From sequence record PZ534512.1: 64,000 bases of DNA; one strand, 5' to 3'. Shown piece after piece: positions 47,918 through 56,660 of this stretch. Origin of the DNA: a phage. The first letter of the stretch is position 1. Each line of letters opens with the position of its first letter. Both the position numbers and the translations under genes were made by a program. The notes beneath the pieces are model-generated. The model made no database searches and was not told the origin of the DNA. It saw only the letters and a program-made list of their open reading frames with translations.

Positions 47918-48517
47918 ATGCAGGAATGGACAACTCATGTGCCATGGAATGGCCCAAAAATTAAGAGAGAAAATATGAAAACATTTTTAACTGGCCCGTA
48001 TCTATCCCTGATGAATGCTTTTACACACCATTCTGATGCTAGAGTAGAAGAAATTTGTAAAAACGAATATATCCCGCCATTTGAAGAATTACTTAAACAG
48101 TACTGTACACTTCGTATAGATGGTGGACGTCAATCCGGTAAATCACTTGCTGTGACTAACTTTGCTGCTAATTGGCTGTATGATGGCGGAACAGTTATTG
48201 TTCTATCTAATACTTCAGCTTACGCTAAAATTTCTGCAAATAACATTAAAAAGGAATTTTCGCGTTATTCTAATGATGATATACGTTTTCGTTTATTTAC
48301 TGATTCTGTGCGCAGTTTTATTGGTAATAGAGGTAGCAAGTTCAGAGGTTTATCGCTTTCACGAATTTTGTATATAATTGATGAGCCTGTTAAATCTCCT
48401 GATATGGATAAAATTTACGATATTCATATTGAAACTGTGCAACACTGTTGTCGAAGCTATAATGCTGAAACAGGTGAAACAGTTCGTCCTCAATTTTTTG
48501 TGATTGGAATGCAATGA
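47918..48517 (+). CDS. predicted P-loop NTPase (199 aa; alternative start 47975)
   Basis: Walker A DGGRQSGKS and Walker B-like ILYIIDEP; occupies the slot where T4 has denV/vs.8. Confidence 0.5.
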   Translation: MQEWTTHVPWNGPKIKRENMKTFLTGPYLSLMNAFTHHSDARVEEICKNEYIPPFEELLKQYCTLRIDGGRQSGKSLAVTNFAANWLYDGGTVIVLSNTSAYAKISANNIKKEFSRYSNDDIRFRLFTDSVRSFIGNRGSKFRGLSLSRILYIIDEPVKSPDMDKIYDIHIETVQHCCRSYNAETGETVRPQFFVIGMQ

Positions 48518-48843
48518 TGACAGACACACAGCTTTTCGAATATCTTTATTTTTCGCCAAAAACTATTAAAAATAAATTGGTGAATCATTTTGAAATTTTG
48601 GCAAATAATAACATTTTGAGCGAATTTTATCCCAAGCAATACAAATTACAAAAAGGCGTATTCAAAGGATGCAGAGTTTTGTGCACTGCTCCTAATGCAC
48701 GGCTAATGAATAAAATTCCATATTTTACCATGGAATTTATTGATGGACCTTTTAAAGGACTAATCACCCAAAGTTTAATGGCATATGATTCTGAGCCATT
48801 TTTAATTAAAGAACAATCTTGGATAAATTTATTTTCTAATTGA
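48514..48843 (+). CDS. hypothetical protein (109 aa; vs.7 position)
   Basis: ORF overlapping the upstream stop (ATGA). Confidence 0.5.
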   Translation: MMTDTQLFEYLYFSPKTIKNKLVNHFEILANNNILSEFYPKQYKLQKGVFKGCRVLCTAPNARLMNKIPYFTMEFIDGPFKGLITQSLMAYDSEPFLIKEQSWINLFSN

Positions 48844-48850
48844 GGTTTAT

Positions 48851-49213
48851 ATGAAAGCATATCAAATTCTTGAAGGCACACATAAAGGTACTATTTATTT
48901 TGAAGATGGTATTCAAGCACGAATTATTGTCTCTAAAACCTTTAAAGAGGACTCTTTTGTAGACCCAGAAATTTTCTATGGTTTGCATGCCCGTGAAATT
49001 GAAATTGAGCAACAGCCTACAGTTAAAATTGAAGGTGGTCAACACCTGAACGTTAACGTTCTGCGTCGCGAAACTTTGGAAGATGCAGTTAAGCATCCGG
49101 AAAAATATCCGCAGCTGACCATCCGTGTATCCGGTTATGCAGTTCGCTTTAACTCTCTGACTCCGGAACAGCAGCGCGACGTTATCGCTCGTACCTTTAC
49201 TGAGAGTTTGTAA
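48851..49213 (+). CDS. autonomous glycyl radical cofactor (GrcA/YfiD-like), 120 aa
   Basis: C-terminal glycyl-radical signature [13 protein letters not shown] and flanking sequence ([52 protein letters not shown]) closely resemble E. coli GrcA and the pyruvate formate-lyase C-terminus. Confidence 0.85.
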   Translation: MKAYQILEGTHKGTIYFEDGIQARIIVSKTFKEDSFVDPEIFYGLHAREIEIEQQPTVKIEGGQHLNVNVLRRETLEDAVKHPEKYPQLTIRVSGYAVRFNSLTPEQQRDVIARTFTESL

Positions 49214-49434
49214 TGGCAAAGATAATTATTGAAGGTTCTAAAGATGTGCTAAATGCTTTCGCCGAGTGGTTTAGTAATTCAGGCGAACAGCAATTTAATG
49301 AAGCCTGGAATATGGGTGATATTGATGGAATTTATCCTACGACAGAAATTTCTGTTCAAGGATATGGCATTCATGAACCTATTCGTTTAGTTGAATATGA
49401 TTTATGTACTGGTGAGGAAGTCAAATATGATTGA
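49213..49434 (+). CDS. hypothetical small protein (73 aa; vs.5 position)
   Basis: ORF; overlapping start/stop with neighbours. Confidence 0.45.
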   Translation: MAKIIIEGSKDVLNAFAEWFSNSGEQQFNEAWNMGDIDGIYPTTEISVQGYGIHEPIRLVEYDLCTGEEVKYD

Positions 49435-49693
49435 AGACATTAAAGGTTATAAGCCGCATACTGAAGAGAAAATCGGTAAAGTGAATGCTATTAAAGACGC
49501 TGAAGTTCGTTTAGGACTTATCTTTGACGCTTTATACGATGAATTCTGGGAAGCACTAGATAATTGTGAAGATGATGAACTCGCGAAGAATTATGCTGAA
49601 AGCCTCGATCAGTTAACTATTGCTAAAACGAAACTCAAAGAAGCCAGTATGTGGGCTTGTCGTGCAGTGTTCCAACCAGAGGAAAAATACTAA
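49427..49693 (+). CDS. small protein at T4 vs.4 position, candidate Acb2-type cyclic-oligonucleotide sponge (88 aa)
   Basis: ATG at 49427 (ORF track starts at a TTG, 49391); gene order regB-vs.3-vs.4 counted back from regB; homology to Acb2 not verifiable here. Confidence 0.45.
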   Translation: MIEDIKGYKPHTEEKIGKVNAIKDAEVRLGLIFDALYDEFWEALDNCEDDELAKNYAESLDQLTIAKTKLKEASMWACRAVFQPEEKY

Positions 49694-49971
49694 TGGCTCA
49701 ATTAAGTGCAGGGTTTGGTTATGAGTATTATACTGCACCTCGTCGTGTATCTGCCGCTCCTAAGAAAATTCAAAGTCTTGATGACTTCCAGGAAGTAGTC
49801 CGTAAAGCTTTTCAGGACTATGCACGCTATCTTAAAGAAGATTCGCAGGACTGTCTCGAAGAAGATGAAATTGCTTACTATGAGCAGCGTCTTGAACAGC
49901 TTAAAAACTTACATGAGGTTCGTGCAGAAGTTTCAAAGTCTATGAATAAATTGATTAGATTTAAAGAATAA
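49693..49971 (+). CDS. hypothetical protein (92 aa; vs.3 position)
   Basis: ATG at 49693 overlapping the upstream stop (TAATG). Confidence 0.5.
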   Translation: MAQLSAGFGYEYYTAPRRVSAAPKKIQSLDDFQEVVRKAFQDYARYLKEDSQDCLEEDEIAYYEQRLEQLKNLHEVRAEVSKSMNKLIRFKE

Positions 49972-49974
49972 CTG

Positions 49975-50004
49975 TTTACTTTTCCTCTTGACTGTGGTAT
50001 AATT
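49975..50004 (+). promoter_or_regulatory. T4-type early promoter upstream of regB
   Basis: GTTTAC (49975-49980), 18-nt spacer, TATAAT (49999-50004). Confidence 0.75.
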
Positions 50005-50030
50005 TTTCTATCAGTTAAGAGGAGAATAAC

Positions 50031-50492
50031 ATGACTATCAACACTGAAGTTTTTATCCGTCGAAATAAGCTTCGTCGTCACTTTGAGTCGGAGTTTCGTC
50101 AAATTAACAATGAGATTCGTGAGGCATCAAAAGCAGCAGGGGTCTCATCGTTTCATCTAAAATATTCTCAGCATCTTCTTGATCGTGCAATTCAACGGGA
50201 GATTGATGAGACATATGTTTTTGAATTATTCCATAAAATAAAAGATCATGTTTTAGAAGTTAATGAATTCCTGAGTATGCCTCCGCGTCCTGACATTGAC
50301 GAGGATTTTATTGATGGGGTTGAATATCGTCCTGGACGTTTAGAAATCACAGATGGAAATCTTTGGCTTGGATTTACAGTTTGTAAGCCTAATGAGAAGT
50401 TCAAAAACCCGTCACTTCAATGCAGGATGGCAATTATCAACAGTCGTCGTTTACCAGGAAAGGCTTCTAAAGCAGTAATTAAAACTCAATGA
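50031..50492 (+). CDS. regB: RegB site-specific endoribonuclease (153 aa)
   Basis: Translation MTINTEVFIRRNKLRRHFESEFRQINNEIREASKAAGVSSFHLKYSQHLLDRAIQ... matches recalled T4 RegB. Confidence 0.93.
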   Translation: MTINTEVFIRRNKLRRHFESEFRQINNEIREASKAAGVSSFHLKYSQHLLDRAIQREIDETYVFELFHKIKDHVLEVNEFLSMPPRPDIDEDFIDGVEYRPGRLEITDGNLWLGFTVCKPNEKFKNPSLQCRMAIINSRRLPGKASKAVIKTQ

Positions 50493-50499
50493 GGTAAAC

Positions 50500-51045
50500 A
50501 TGAGAAAAGCACTACTCGCTGGTCTATTGGCCATTTCAATGATGGCACATAGCTCCGAGCATACTTTCAGTAATGTCCAACTCGATAACATGCGTTACGC
50601 GTATCAATTCGGGGAACAATTTTCTAAGGATGGAAAATATAAAACACACAAAAATATCCACAAGAGCGGATTAGGTCATATAATGGCTGCCATTTTATGG
50701 CAAGAAAGCTCTGGCGGAGTTAATTTAAAATCTAAACCAAAGCATCACGCCTACGGAATGTTCCAAAATTATTTGCCTACTATGCGAGCAAGAGTTAAGG
50801 AACTTGGTTATAATATGACCGATGCTGAAATAAAAAGAATGTTGAATAAACGGTCCAATTCAGCTTCCTGGGCGTACATTGAACTTTCTTATTGGTTAAA
50901 TATACATAAGGGCGATATAAGAAAAGCAATATCCTCTTATAATTCGGGATGGAATGTTAAAGCAGGTTCTAAATATGCTTCTGAAGTCCTAGAAAAGGCT
51001 AATTACCTTAAAAATAATAAACTTTTGGAAATAGTAAATGACTAA
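50500..51045 (+). CDS. secreted lytic transglycosylase-like protein (vs.1-like), 181 aa
   Basis: N-terminal signal-peptide-like segment (MRKALLAGLLAISMMAHS) and SLT-type motif (WQESSGG...YGMFQ). Confidence 0.65.
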   Translation: MRKALLAGLLAISMMAHSSEHTFSNVQLDNMRYAYQFGEQFSKDGKYKTHKNIHKSGLGHIMAAILWQESSGGVNLKSKPKHHAYGMFQNYLPTMRARVKELGYNMTDAEIKRMLNKRSNSASWAYIELSYWLNIHKGDIRKAISSYNSGWNVKAGSKYASEVLEKANYLKNNKLLEIVND

Positions 51046-51379
51046 AATTTTGGTTTTATGTATAGGATTAATTTCATTTTCTGCGTTAGCAGATACATCA
51101 TATACTGAAATTAGAGAGTATGTAAACCGTACTGCAGCGGATTATTGCGGGAAAAATAAAGCATGCCAAGCTGAATTTGCGCAGAAATTAATATATGCAT
51201 ATAAAGACGGAGAAAGAGATAAATCAAGCAGATACAAAAATGATACATTGTTAAAACGATATGCTAAAAAGTGGAATACCTTAGAATGTTCAGTTGCGGA
51301 GGAGAAAGATAAAGCCGCTTGTCATTCAATGGTTGACCGTTTGGTAGATTCTTATAATCGAGGATTGAGTACTAGATGA
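51038..51379 (+). CDS. hypothetical protein with N-terminal signal peptide (113 aa; T4 vs position)
   Basis: ORF; hydrophobic N-terminus MTKILVLCIGLISFSALA; position only. Confidence 0.45.
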   Translation: MTKILVLCIGLISFSALADTSYTEIREYVNRTAADYCGKNKACQAEFAQKLIYAYKDGERDKSSRYKNDTLLKRYAKKWNTLECSVAEEKDKAACHSMVDRLVDSYNRGLSTR

Positions 51380-51855
51380 TTGTAAAATATATCAAGGGCG
51401 ATATTGTCGCCCTCTTTCTTGAAGGTAATATTATTGCGCACGGGTGCAATTGTTTTCATACAATGGGCAGTGGTGTAGCTGGTCAATTAGCAAGAGCCTA
51501 TCCCAAAATTTTAGAAATAGATAAGACCACAACTGAATATGGTTCGCGTGAAAAACTCGGTGATATGTCTATTGTTTTTAAACATAAACCTAATGGTTTT
51601 GGCATATGTTATAACTTGTATACGCAATACGAACCAGGTCCTAATCTTGATTATGGTGCTTTAGTAAACTGCATGATAGAATTAAATCTACAGGCAGAAA
51701 CCCTTTTGTTTAAACCGGTAATTTACATTCCACGCATAGGTTGTGGTATTGCTGGCGGCGATTGGGATAAGGTTTCTAAATTAATCGACATGTTTACTCC
51801 TGATATTGATTTAATAGTGGTGGATTATGAAAGTGCATTACCCGCATCCGTTTGA
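51376..51855 (+). CDS. macro-domain protein (putative ADP-ribose binding / ADP-ribosyl hydrolase), 159 aa
   Basis: KGDI...AHGCNCFHTMGSGVAGQLARAYP and IPRIGCGIAGGD resemble macro-domain motifs (GDIT...NAAN...GGGGVxGAI; hPxIGTGhxGhP). Confidence 0.6.
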   Translation: MIVKYIKGDIVALFLEGNIIAHGCNCFHTMGSGVAGQLARAYPKILEIDKTTTEYGSREKLGDMSIVFKHKPNGFGICYNLYTQYEPGPNLDYGALVNCMIELNLQAETLLFKPVIYIPRIGCGIAGGDWDKVSKLIDMFTPDIDLIVVDYESALPASV

Positions 51856-52039
51856 TCCTAAAAACAAAGCAGTAATTATTCGTCAATGGGAACGCATTTG
51901 CCGTACTAAATGTCCAATTAATAGTCCACATGATGTAGATAAAGACTACATTGGAACATTCGTTGAATATACCTTTATTGATAAGAAAGGTCGTAAACAA
52001 CATGTAGAAGAATATTGCTTAAAGGTTACATGGTTATGA
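51827..52039 (+). CDS. hypothetical small protein (70 aa)
   Basis: ATG-initiated ORF overlapping the upstream gene end. Confidence 0.4.
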   Translation: MKVHYPHPFDPKNKAVIIRQWERICRTKCPINSPHDVDKDYIGTFVEYTFIDKKGRKQHVEEYCLKVTWL

Positions 52040-52242
52040 GCCAAACTAGTATTCTTAAAAATGCCCACTGTGAAAAGTGTAAGTGGCCTGTTGTTTTTGC
52101 TTTATGTAATGATGAAATGGCTTGTGATTTCGATTATTGGTGCTATTGTTCTAATAAAGGATGCATCAATCATAAAGGTGAAGGATTTTATTCGGGATTT
52201 TATCCTTATCCTGATTTCGTTAAAGAAGGTAAACCAAAATGA
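52030..52242 (+). CDS. hypothetical Cys-rich small protein (about 70 aa)
   Basis: CEKC...C...C...C...C pattern suggests a metal-binding fold; start ATG 52030 or 52036. Confidence 0.4.
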   Translation: MVMSQTSILKNAHCEKCKWPVVFALCNDEMACDFDYWCYCSNKGCINHKGEGFYSGFYPYPDFVKEGKPK

Positions 52243-52415
52243 ATGATGATTTAAAATATCAATTATTACGTGAACTTGATGTTTTGATTGAACTTTCTGC
52301 ACAAAAAGGATTTATAATTGGATCGGGTCAAAAAGACCCCAACGGTCATTCAATCGTAGCGGTTATGAATCAGAAACGAGTCATTTTAAAACTTTTGGGG
52401 ATTGACATACTGTGA
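52239..52415 (+). CDS. hypothetical small protein (58 aa)
   Basis: ATG overlapping the upstream stop; below the ORF-track size threshold. Confidence 0.35.
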   Translation: MNDDLKYQLLRELDVLIELSAQKGFIIGSGQKDPNGHSIVAVMNQKRVILKLLGIDIL

Positions 52416-52597
52416 GCCTAAGCAAAGAACAAAAAGATAAATTGTTTGAGCTTATCCATGAACTTCTAGATGAGCATGCAGAAGCAAACACCTTTTATGA
52501 TGAATACGGCCCGCTATCTCCCGAACAGCAGGAAGAATTTGCTGATCGGTTTGATAAGAAAGAAAATGAATTAATAGCTTATGTGAATACGCTTTAA
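52412..52597 (+). CDS. hypothetical small acidic protein (61 aa)
   Basis: ORF (GTG start overlapping the previous stop) directly upstream of tk. Confidence 0.4.
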   Translation: MSLSKEQKDKLFELIHELLDEHAEANTFYDEYGPLSPEQQEEFADRFDKKENELIAYVNTL

Positions 52598-52606
52598 GAA
52601 GGTGAT

Positions 52607-53188
52607 ATGGCGAGTTTAATTTTTACTTATGCAGCAATGAATGCTGGAAAATCTGCTTCTCTTTTGACTGCTGCACATAATTATAAAGAACGTGGAATGA
52701 GTGTATTAGTTCTTAAGCCTGCTATTGATACTCGCGATTCTGTCTGTGAAGTTGTTTCTCGCATTGGAATTAAACAGGAAGCGAATATTATTACAGATGA
52801 TATGGATATTTTCGAGTTCTATAAATGGGCTGAAGCACAAAAAGATATTCATTGCGTATTTGTAGATGAAGCCCAATTTTTAAAAACTGAACAGGTGCAT
52901 CAATTAAGCCGAATTGTTGATACATATAATGTTCCTGTTATGGCTTATGGATTAAGGACTGATTTCGCTGGAAAATTATTTGAAGGTTCTAAAGAACTTT
53001 TGGCGATTGCAGATAAACTTATTGAACTAAAAGCAGTTTGTCACTGTGGTAAAAAAGCGATTATGACAGCTCGATTAATGGAAGATGGAACACCAGTTAA
53101 AGAAGGTAATCAAATCTGTATTGGTGATGAAATTTATGTTTCTTTGTGTAGAAAACATTGGAATGAATTAACTAAAAAGCTCGGTTAA
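52607..53188 (+). CDS. tk: thymidine kinase (193 aa)
   Basis: P-loop AAMNAGKS at N-terminus, C-terminal Cys pair typical of type II thymidine kinases; 193 aa as in T4 Tk. Confidence 0.92.
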   Translation: MASLIFTYAAMNAGKSASLLTAAHNYKERGMSVLVLKPAIDTRDSVCEVVSRIGIKQEANIITDDMDIFEFYKWAEAQKDIHCVFVDEAQFLKTEQVHQLSRIVDTYNVPVMAYGLRTDFAGKLFEGSKELLAIADKLIELKAVCHCGKKAIMTARLMEDGTPVKEGNQICIGDEIYVSLCRKHWNELTKKLG

Positions 53189-53230
53189 TGCAAAAGTTAT
53201 AAATAGGTTTATCTAACTAAAGGGGTATAT

Positions 53231-53443
53231 ATGCTACAATTAACTGAAAAGCAACTTCGCAATCTTACTGTTCTTCAATTAGATGAAATTCGTAGGGAAG
53301 TTGGAAATATCATTTCAGCTTTGCGTCGAGAAGTATCACTCAACCAATCTCCGGCAGACTATACTAGATTGCGAAATTTTGAAAAATACCTTGATAAAGT
53401 TAAGGCCGTGCATCGGCATAAAGTAAATACAGGACAAAAATGA
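53231..53443 (+). CDS. hypothetical small protein (rI.1 position)
   Basis: ORF between tk and rI. Confidence 0.55.
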
Positions 53444-53455
53444 TAGGAGGCCTTT

Positions 53456-53749
53456 ATGGCCTTAAAAGCAACGGCACTATTTGCCATGCTAGGATTAGCG
53501 TTTGCTTTATCTCCACCAATTGAAGCGAATGTCGATCCTCATTTTGATAAATTTATGGAATCTGGTATTAGACACGTTTATATGCTTTTTGAAAATAAAA
53601 GCGTAGAATCATCTGAACAGTTCTATAGTTTTATGCGAACGACCTATAAAAATGACCCGTGCTCTTCCGATTTTGAATGTATAGAACGAGGCGCGGAGAT
53701 GGCACAATCATACGCTAGAATTATGAACATTAAATTGGAGACTGAATGA
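53456..53749 (+). CDS. rI: RI lysis inhibition regulator / antiholin (97 aa)
   Basis: Translation [97 protein letters not shown] matches recalled T4 RI. Confidence 0.93.
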   Translation: MALKATALFAMLGLAFALSPPIEANVDPHFDKFMESGIRHVYMLFENKSVESSEQFYSFMRTTYKNDPCSSDFECIERGAEMAQSYARIMNIKLETE

Positions 53750-54132
53750 AATTCAGCGACTTTTCACAAAGTGGAAAACCTTCAAAGGCAGATGAATACT
53801 TAGGTTTATTAATGGCTGCACAAGCTTATTTTCATTCTGCGCATTTTGAAACTAAAAGTTATGCTAGACACAAAGCATACGATTTTATTTTCTCTGAGTT
53901 ACCAGATTTGATTGATAAATTTGGTGAGCAATATTTGGGGTATTCTGGTAGAAAATACACGCCGTCAATTCCGGATGCCAGTAAACTTCCTACCGACACA
54001 ATTAAAATGATTGATCGCATACTAGACCAATCTAACGGCATTTACAAAGAAATGCCTCCAGCCATTCAAAGCACGATAGATGATATTACTGGAATGTTTT
54101 ACCGGAGTAAGTATCTTCTTTCCCTCGAATAA
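53746..54132 (+). CDS. hypothetical protein (rI.-1 position), 128 aa
   Basis: ORF overlapping the rI stop; followed by a strong terminator. Confidence 0.6.
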   Translation: MKFSDFSQSGKPSKADEYLGLLMAAQAYFHSAHFETKSYARHKAYDFIFSELPDLIDKFGEQYLGYSGRKYTPSIPDASKLPTDTIKMIDRILDQSNGIYKEMPPAIQSTIDDITGMFYRSKYLLSLE

Positions 54133-54136
54133 CATT

Positions 54137-54159
54137 AGTCTCCTTCGGGAGACTTTTTT
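54137..54159 (+). terminator. intrinsic terminator
   Basis: AGTCTCC-TTCG-GGAGACT followed by TTTTTT. Confidence 0.8.
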
Positions 54160-54169
54160 CATTTTACCG

Positions 54170-54199
54170 GTTTACTTTTCATTTGAGCTGTGATACTAT
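54170..54199 (+). promoter_or_regulatory. T4-type early promoter
   Basis: GTTTAC (54170-54175), TACTAT (54194-54199), followed by the shared ACAACTATC leader. Confidence 0.7.
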
Positions 54200-54227
54200 A
54201 CAACTATCGGATAAAGAGGAGAACATC

Positions 54228-54416
54228 ATGAAAATTGAAGCACTCAATCAAAAAGGAAATATCTACGTCATCATTAATGGTGATTTTTTCGTCGACATGG
54301 ATGAAGTTACTAGTGAAGAACTTGTAGAACTTCTTAAGAAACGTTATAATATGTGTGATGAAGTTGCAACTCACATGGCGTGTGCAATATTCTCTCTTTC
54401 ATATGTGGTGGAATAA
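54228..54416 (+). CDS. hypothetical small protein (62 aa)
   Basis: ATG after AAGAGGAGAA downstream of the early promoter. Confidence 0.5.
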   Translation: MKIEALNQKGNIYVIINGDFFVDMDEVTSEELVELLKKRYNMCDEVATHMACAIFSLSYVVE

Positions 54417-54598
54417 TGATTAGTATCGAACAAGCGGATAAAATTAAGGAATTGGTAGCTTTAATTCGCAAAGCAGATGAGGAACGCATTAACTTTGCCT
54501 TATCAGGTATTGAAGAACTTGAAGCTAAAGTTGATAATGCTTTAGAAGCGTTAGATATGTTTCTTGATGAAATTATCGATCACAATACGAGAATTTAA
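54416..54598 (+). CDS. hypothetical small protein (60 aa)
   Basis: ATG overlapping the upstream stop (TAATG). Confidence 0.45.
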   Translation: MISIEQADKIKELVALIRKADEERINFALSGIEELEAKVDNALEALDMFLDEIIDHNTRI

Positions 54599-54600
54599 GT

Positions 54601-54795
54601 ATGCTGACACACGAACAGTTTGAAAAAATCATTAAATTAACACGTGATGTTGAAATAGATTCATATCAATTAGCAGTTGAGCACTGTGAAGGATATTCAT
54701 ACGAAGGTATAGCAGCAGCTAAAAAGGATTTGGATAAATCTAAAGCTAAGTTAGTTCAATATCTTGAAATGATTAGGTGGAATAATGAAAACTGA
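54601..54795 (+). CDS. hypothetical small protein (64 aa)
   Basis: ORF two bases after the upstream stop. Confidence 0.45.
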   Translation: MLTHEQFEKIIKLTRDVEIDSYQLAVEHCEGYSYEGIAAAKKDLDKSKAKLVQYLEMIRWNNEN

Positions 54796-54958
54796 AAAGC
54801 AGATGTTTTTAATGAAGCTAATTGAAGAATATGCTAATGCAGTTTCTGACTATGAGCATTCTGCTCGGGAAAGAGGTACAGCTTTCGCCAAAGAAGAAAT
54901 GAAAATCATGGTTGATGCTCACACAAAGCTTCAGAATTTTATTGAAAACGTCATTTAA
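54785..54958 (+). CDS. hypothetical small protein (57 aa)
   Basis: ATG-initiated ORF overlapping the upstream gene end; below the ORF-track threshold. Confidence 0.35.
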   Translation: MKTEKQMFLMKLIEEYANAVSDYEHSARERGTAFAKEEMKIMVDAHTKLQNFIENVI

Positions 54959-54960
54959 TG

Positions 54961-54990
54961 GTTTACAAGTTGGCAAGGTTATGGTATAGT
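54961..54990 (+). promoter_or_regulatory. T4-type early promoter
   Basis: GTTTAC (54961-54966), 18-nt spacer, TATAGT (54985-54990). Confidence 0.65.
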
Positions 54991-55122
54991 AATCTTGTCA
55001 ACTGCCAAGGAGAAGAGAATGAAAATTTTGTTTGTTGTGTATGTGGTGATTCAATATAATTACCCAATGTTTACCTATAATCTGGTGAACAATATTATTG
55101 ATATGATTCAAAGGAGTATGTA

Positions 55123-55668
55123 ATGATGAGCGAGGCGAAACGATTAGTATTAGAAGTTAGTTCACTTTTTGGTGAATTGGCTATAGAAAAAGTAAATAAT
55201 ATGTATCGTTTGACACAAGAAGACGATATGCTATATTTTACGCCTAGTGAAATCATTCATTTAATCCAAATTGAAAATCCTTATACTGATAAAATTGTAA
55301 GCATTAATGATGAGCATAAAATTCATTTTTATTCTTCATGCCCAGGATTTAATATTGAAAGCGAGTCAATATGCTTATCAGTTATCCATTGGGATAGTTT
55401 TATAGATAAGATTAAATATTTTTATTATTCTAATGAAAGAAAACATAGTTTAAAATGGTTTAAAAATTGCAATGCTATTATTACTAACGCTTGCAATCAG
55501 AATGATGAAACTGTTTTAAACGTATCAAAATGTTATGAAGATGGAGATGTCTTAACTATTCGTCAAATTGATGATTTTCGAGCACATATTGTCACATTTA
55601 CCAAAGACGAAGCTATTGCGCTAAAGACTTATCTTGATTCTGTCATTCCAACTATGATTTCAAAGTGA
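55123..55668 (+). CDS. hypothetical protein, paralog A of tandem pair (181 aa)
   Basis: Shares PGFNIESES / EGFNIEDEN and a C-terminal ...AIALKTYLDSVIPTM motif with the next ORF. Confidence 0.5.
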   Translation: MMSEAKRLVLEVSSLFGELAIEKVNNMYRLTQEDDMLYFTPSEIIHLIQIENPYTDKIVSINDEHKIHFYSSCPGFNIESESICLSVIHWDSFIDKIKYFYYSNERKHSLKWFKNCNAIITNACNQNDETVLNVSKCYEDGDVLTIRQIDDFRAHIVTFTKDEAIALKTYLDSVIPTMISK

Positions 55669-55674
55669 GGAAAT

Positions 55675-56196
55675 ATGTTTATTTCAAGTGAAAGTGGTTT
55701 AATTCGTGTTGAATTTAAAAATGACATCTTTCTTATTCAAGGAGATGATACTATTAAAATGAGTTATGACGAAATCAAGAAAATTTGTCACATTCTTGGA
55801 AGTCGTGGAAAAGTAAATGCTGTTATTGACATCGGTGATTTATGGGTAACTCTTTATGAAGTATCCGAAGGATTTAACATTGAAGATGAAAACAACATCT
55901 TAGCTATTGATAAAAGAAGCGATTTGTTTGATGTGTTAAAAGTTTATGAACAGTCAAACGGTGGAAGAAAAGCTGCATTGATTTATCAAAAACCACATTC
56001 ATGCGGAACTGCTTCAATTATTTCAGATATTGAAGATGAAACTGATACTTATATGTGTGTTTTAAAAGCTGGTGGTGACCGTCATCCGGATTTTATTTCT
56101 ATTCGTCAAAACAATGGAGAAATTTCATTATCAAAATCAGAAGCTGAAGCTATGATTAAGTATTTAACAACTGTTACACCTTCAATGAAAGGATAA
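55675..56196 (+). CDS. hypothetical protein, paralog B of tandem pair (173 aa)
   Basis: Paralogous to 55123-55668 (C-terminal ...AEAMIKYLTTVTPSM). Confidence 0.5.
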   Translation: MFISSESGLIRVEFKNDIFLIQGDDTIKMSYDEIKKICHILGSRGKVNAVIDIGDLWVTLYEVSEGFNIEDENNILAIDKRSDLFDVLKVYEQSNGGRKAALIYQKPHSCGTASIISDIEDETDTYMCVLKAGGDRHPDFISIRQNNGEISLSKSEAEAMIKYLTTVTPSMKG

Positions 56197-56198
56197 TT

Positions 56199-56660
56199 AT
56201 GATTATTAATGAAAACTCTTGGCACTATAAATTATTCAAACTGTTTAACGACGAATGGAAACGACCTAAGACACTGTGTGCATACTTTTGGTCTATTGTT
56301 ATCCCTACATTTTTCGTTTCTTTTTTCGGATGTACTATACTCGCAGGTCTAACTATTATCTGTGCAGAAATCATGCAGAAATGGCTTATTTTTGGTAGTT
56401 TATGGACTCTTATTCCATCAGCATTTATACTTGCCATTTTGCTTGTTTTACTTATTATTGGTTCATTTGTTATTCCTGCACAACTGCATGAAAAATATAA
56501 AGATTATAAATGGAAAAAGGATTATGCTTTACATGTAGAAAATATTGATAGGGCGTATAAAGGTTTACCTCCTATTCAACCCAAGAAATCTATTATCGTC
56601 GAATTTTTAAAAGCACGTAAAGCTAAAGTATGTCCTGTTATTGAATATAAGGCTGAATGA
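56199..56660 (+). CDS. predicted integral membrane protein (153 aa)
   Basis: Three or four hydrophobic helices; ATGA overlap with the downstream nucleotidyltransferase gene. Confidence 0.5.
   Translation: MIINENSWHYKLFKLFNDEWKRPKTLCAYFWSIVIPTFFVSFFGCTILAGLTIICAEIMQKWLIFGSLWTLIPSAFILAILLVLLIIGSFVIPAQLHEKYKDYKWKKDYALHVENIDRAYKGLPPIQPKKSIIVEFLKARKAKVCPVIEYKAE

Noticed and set aside
47840-48520. Search for denV (endonuclease V) in the canonical slot after the internal protein genes
   Set aside because: No ORF matches the recalled DenV sequence; reported as an absence rather than annotated.
53195-53230. TATAAATA-like box upstream of the rI.1 ORF as a plus-strand late promoter
   Set aside because: Single A/T-rich octamer match in an AT-rich spacer; plausible but not distinguishable from chance without transcript data.
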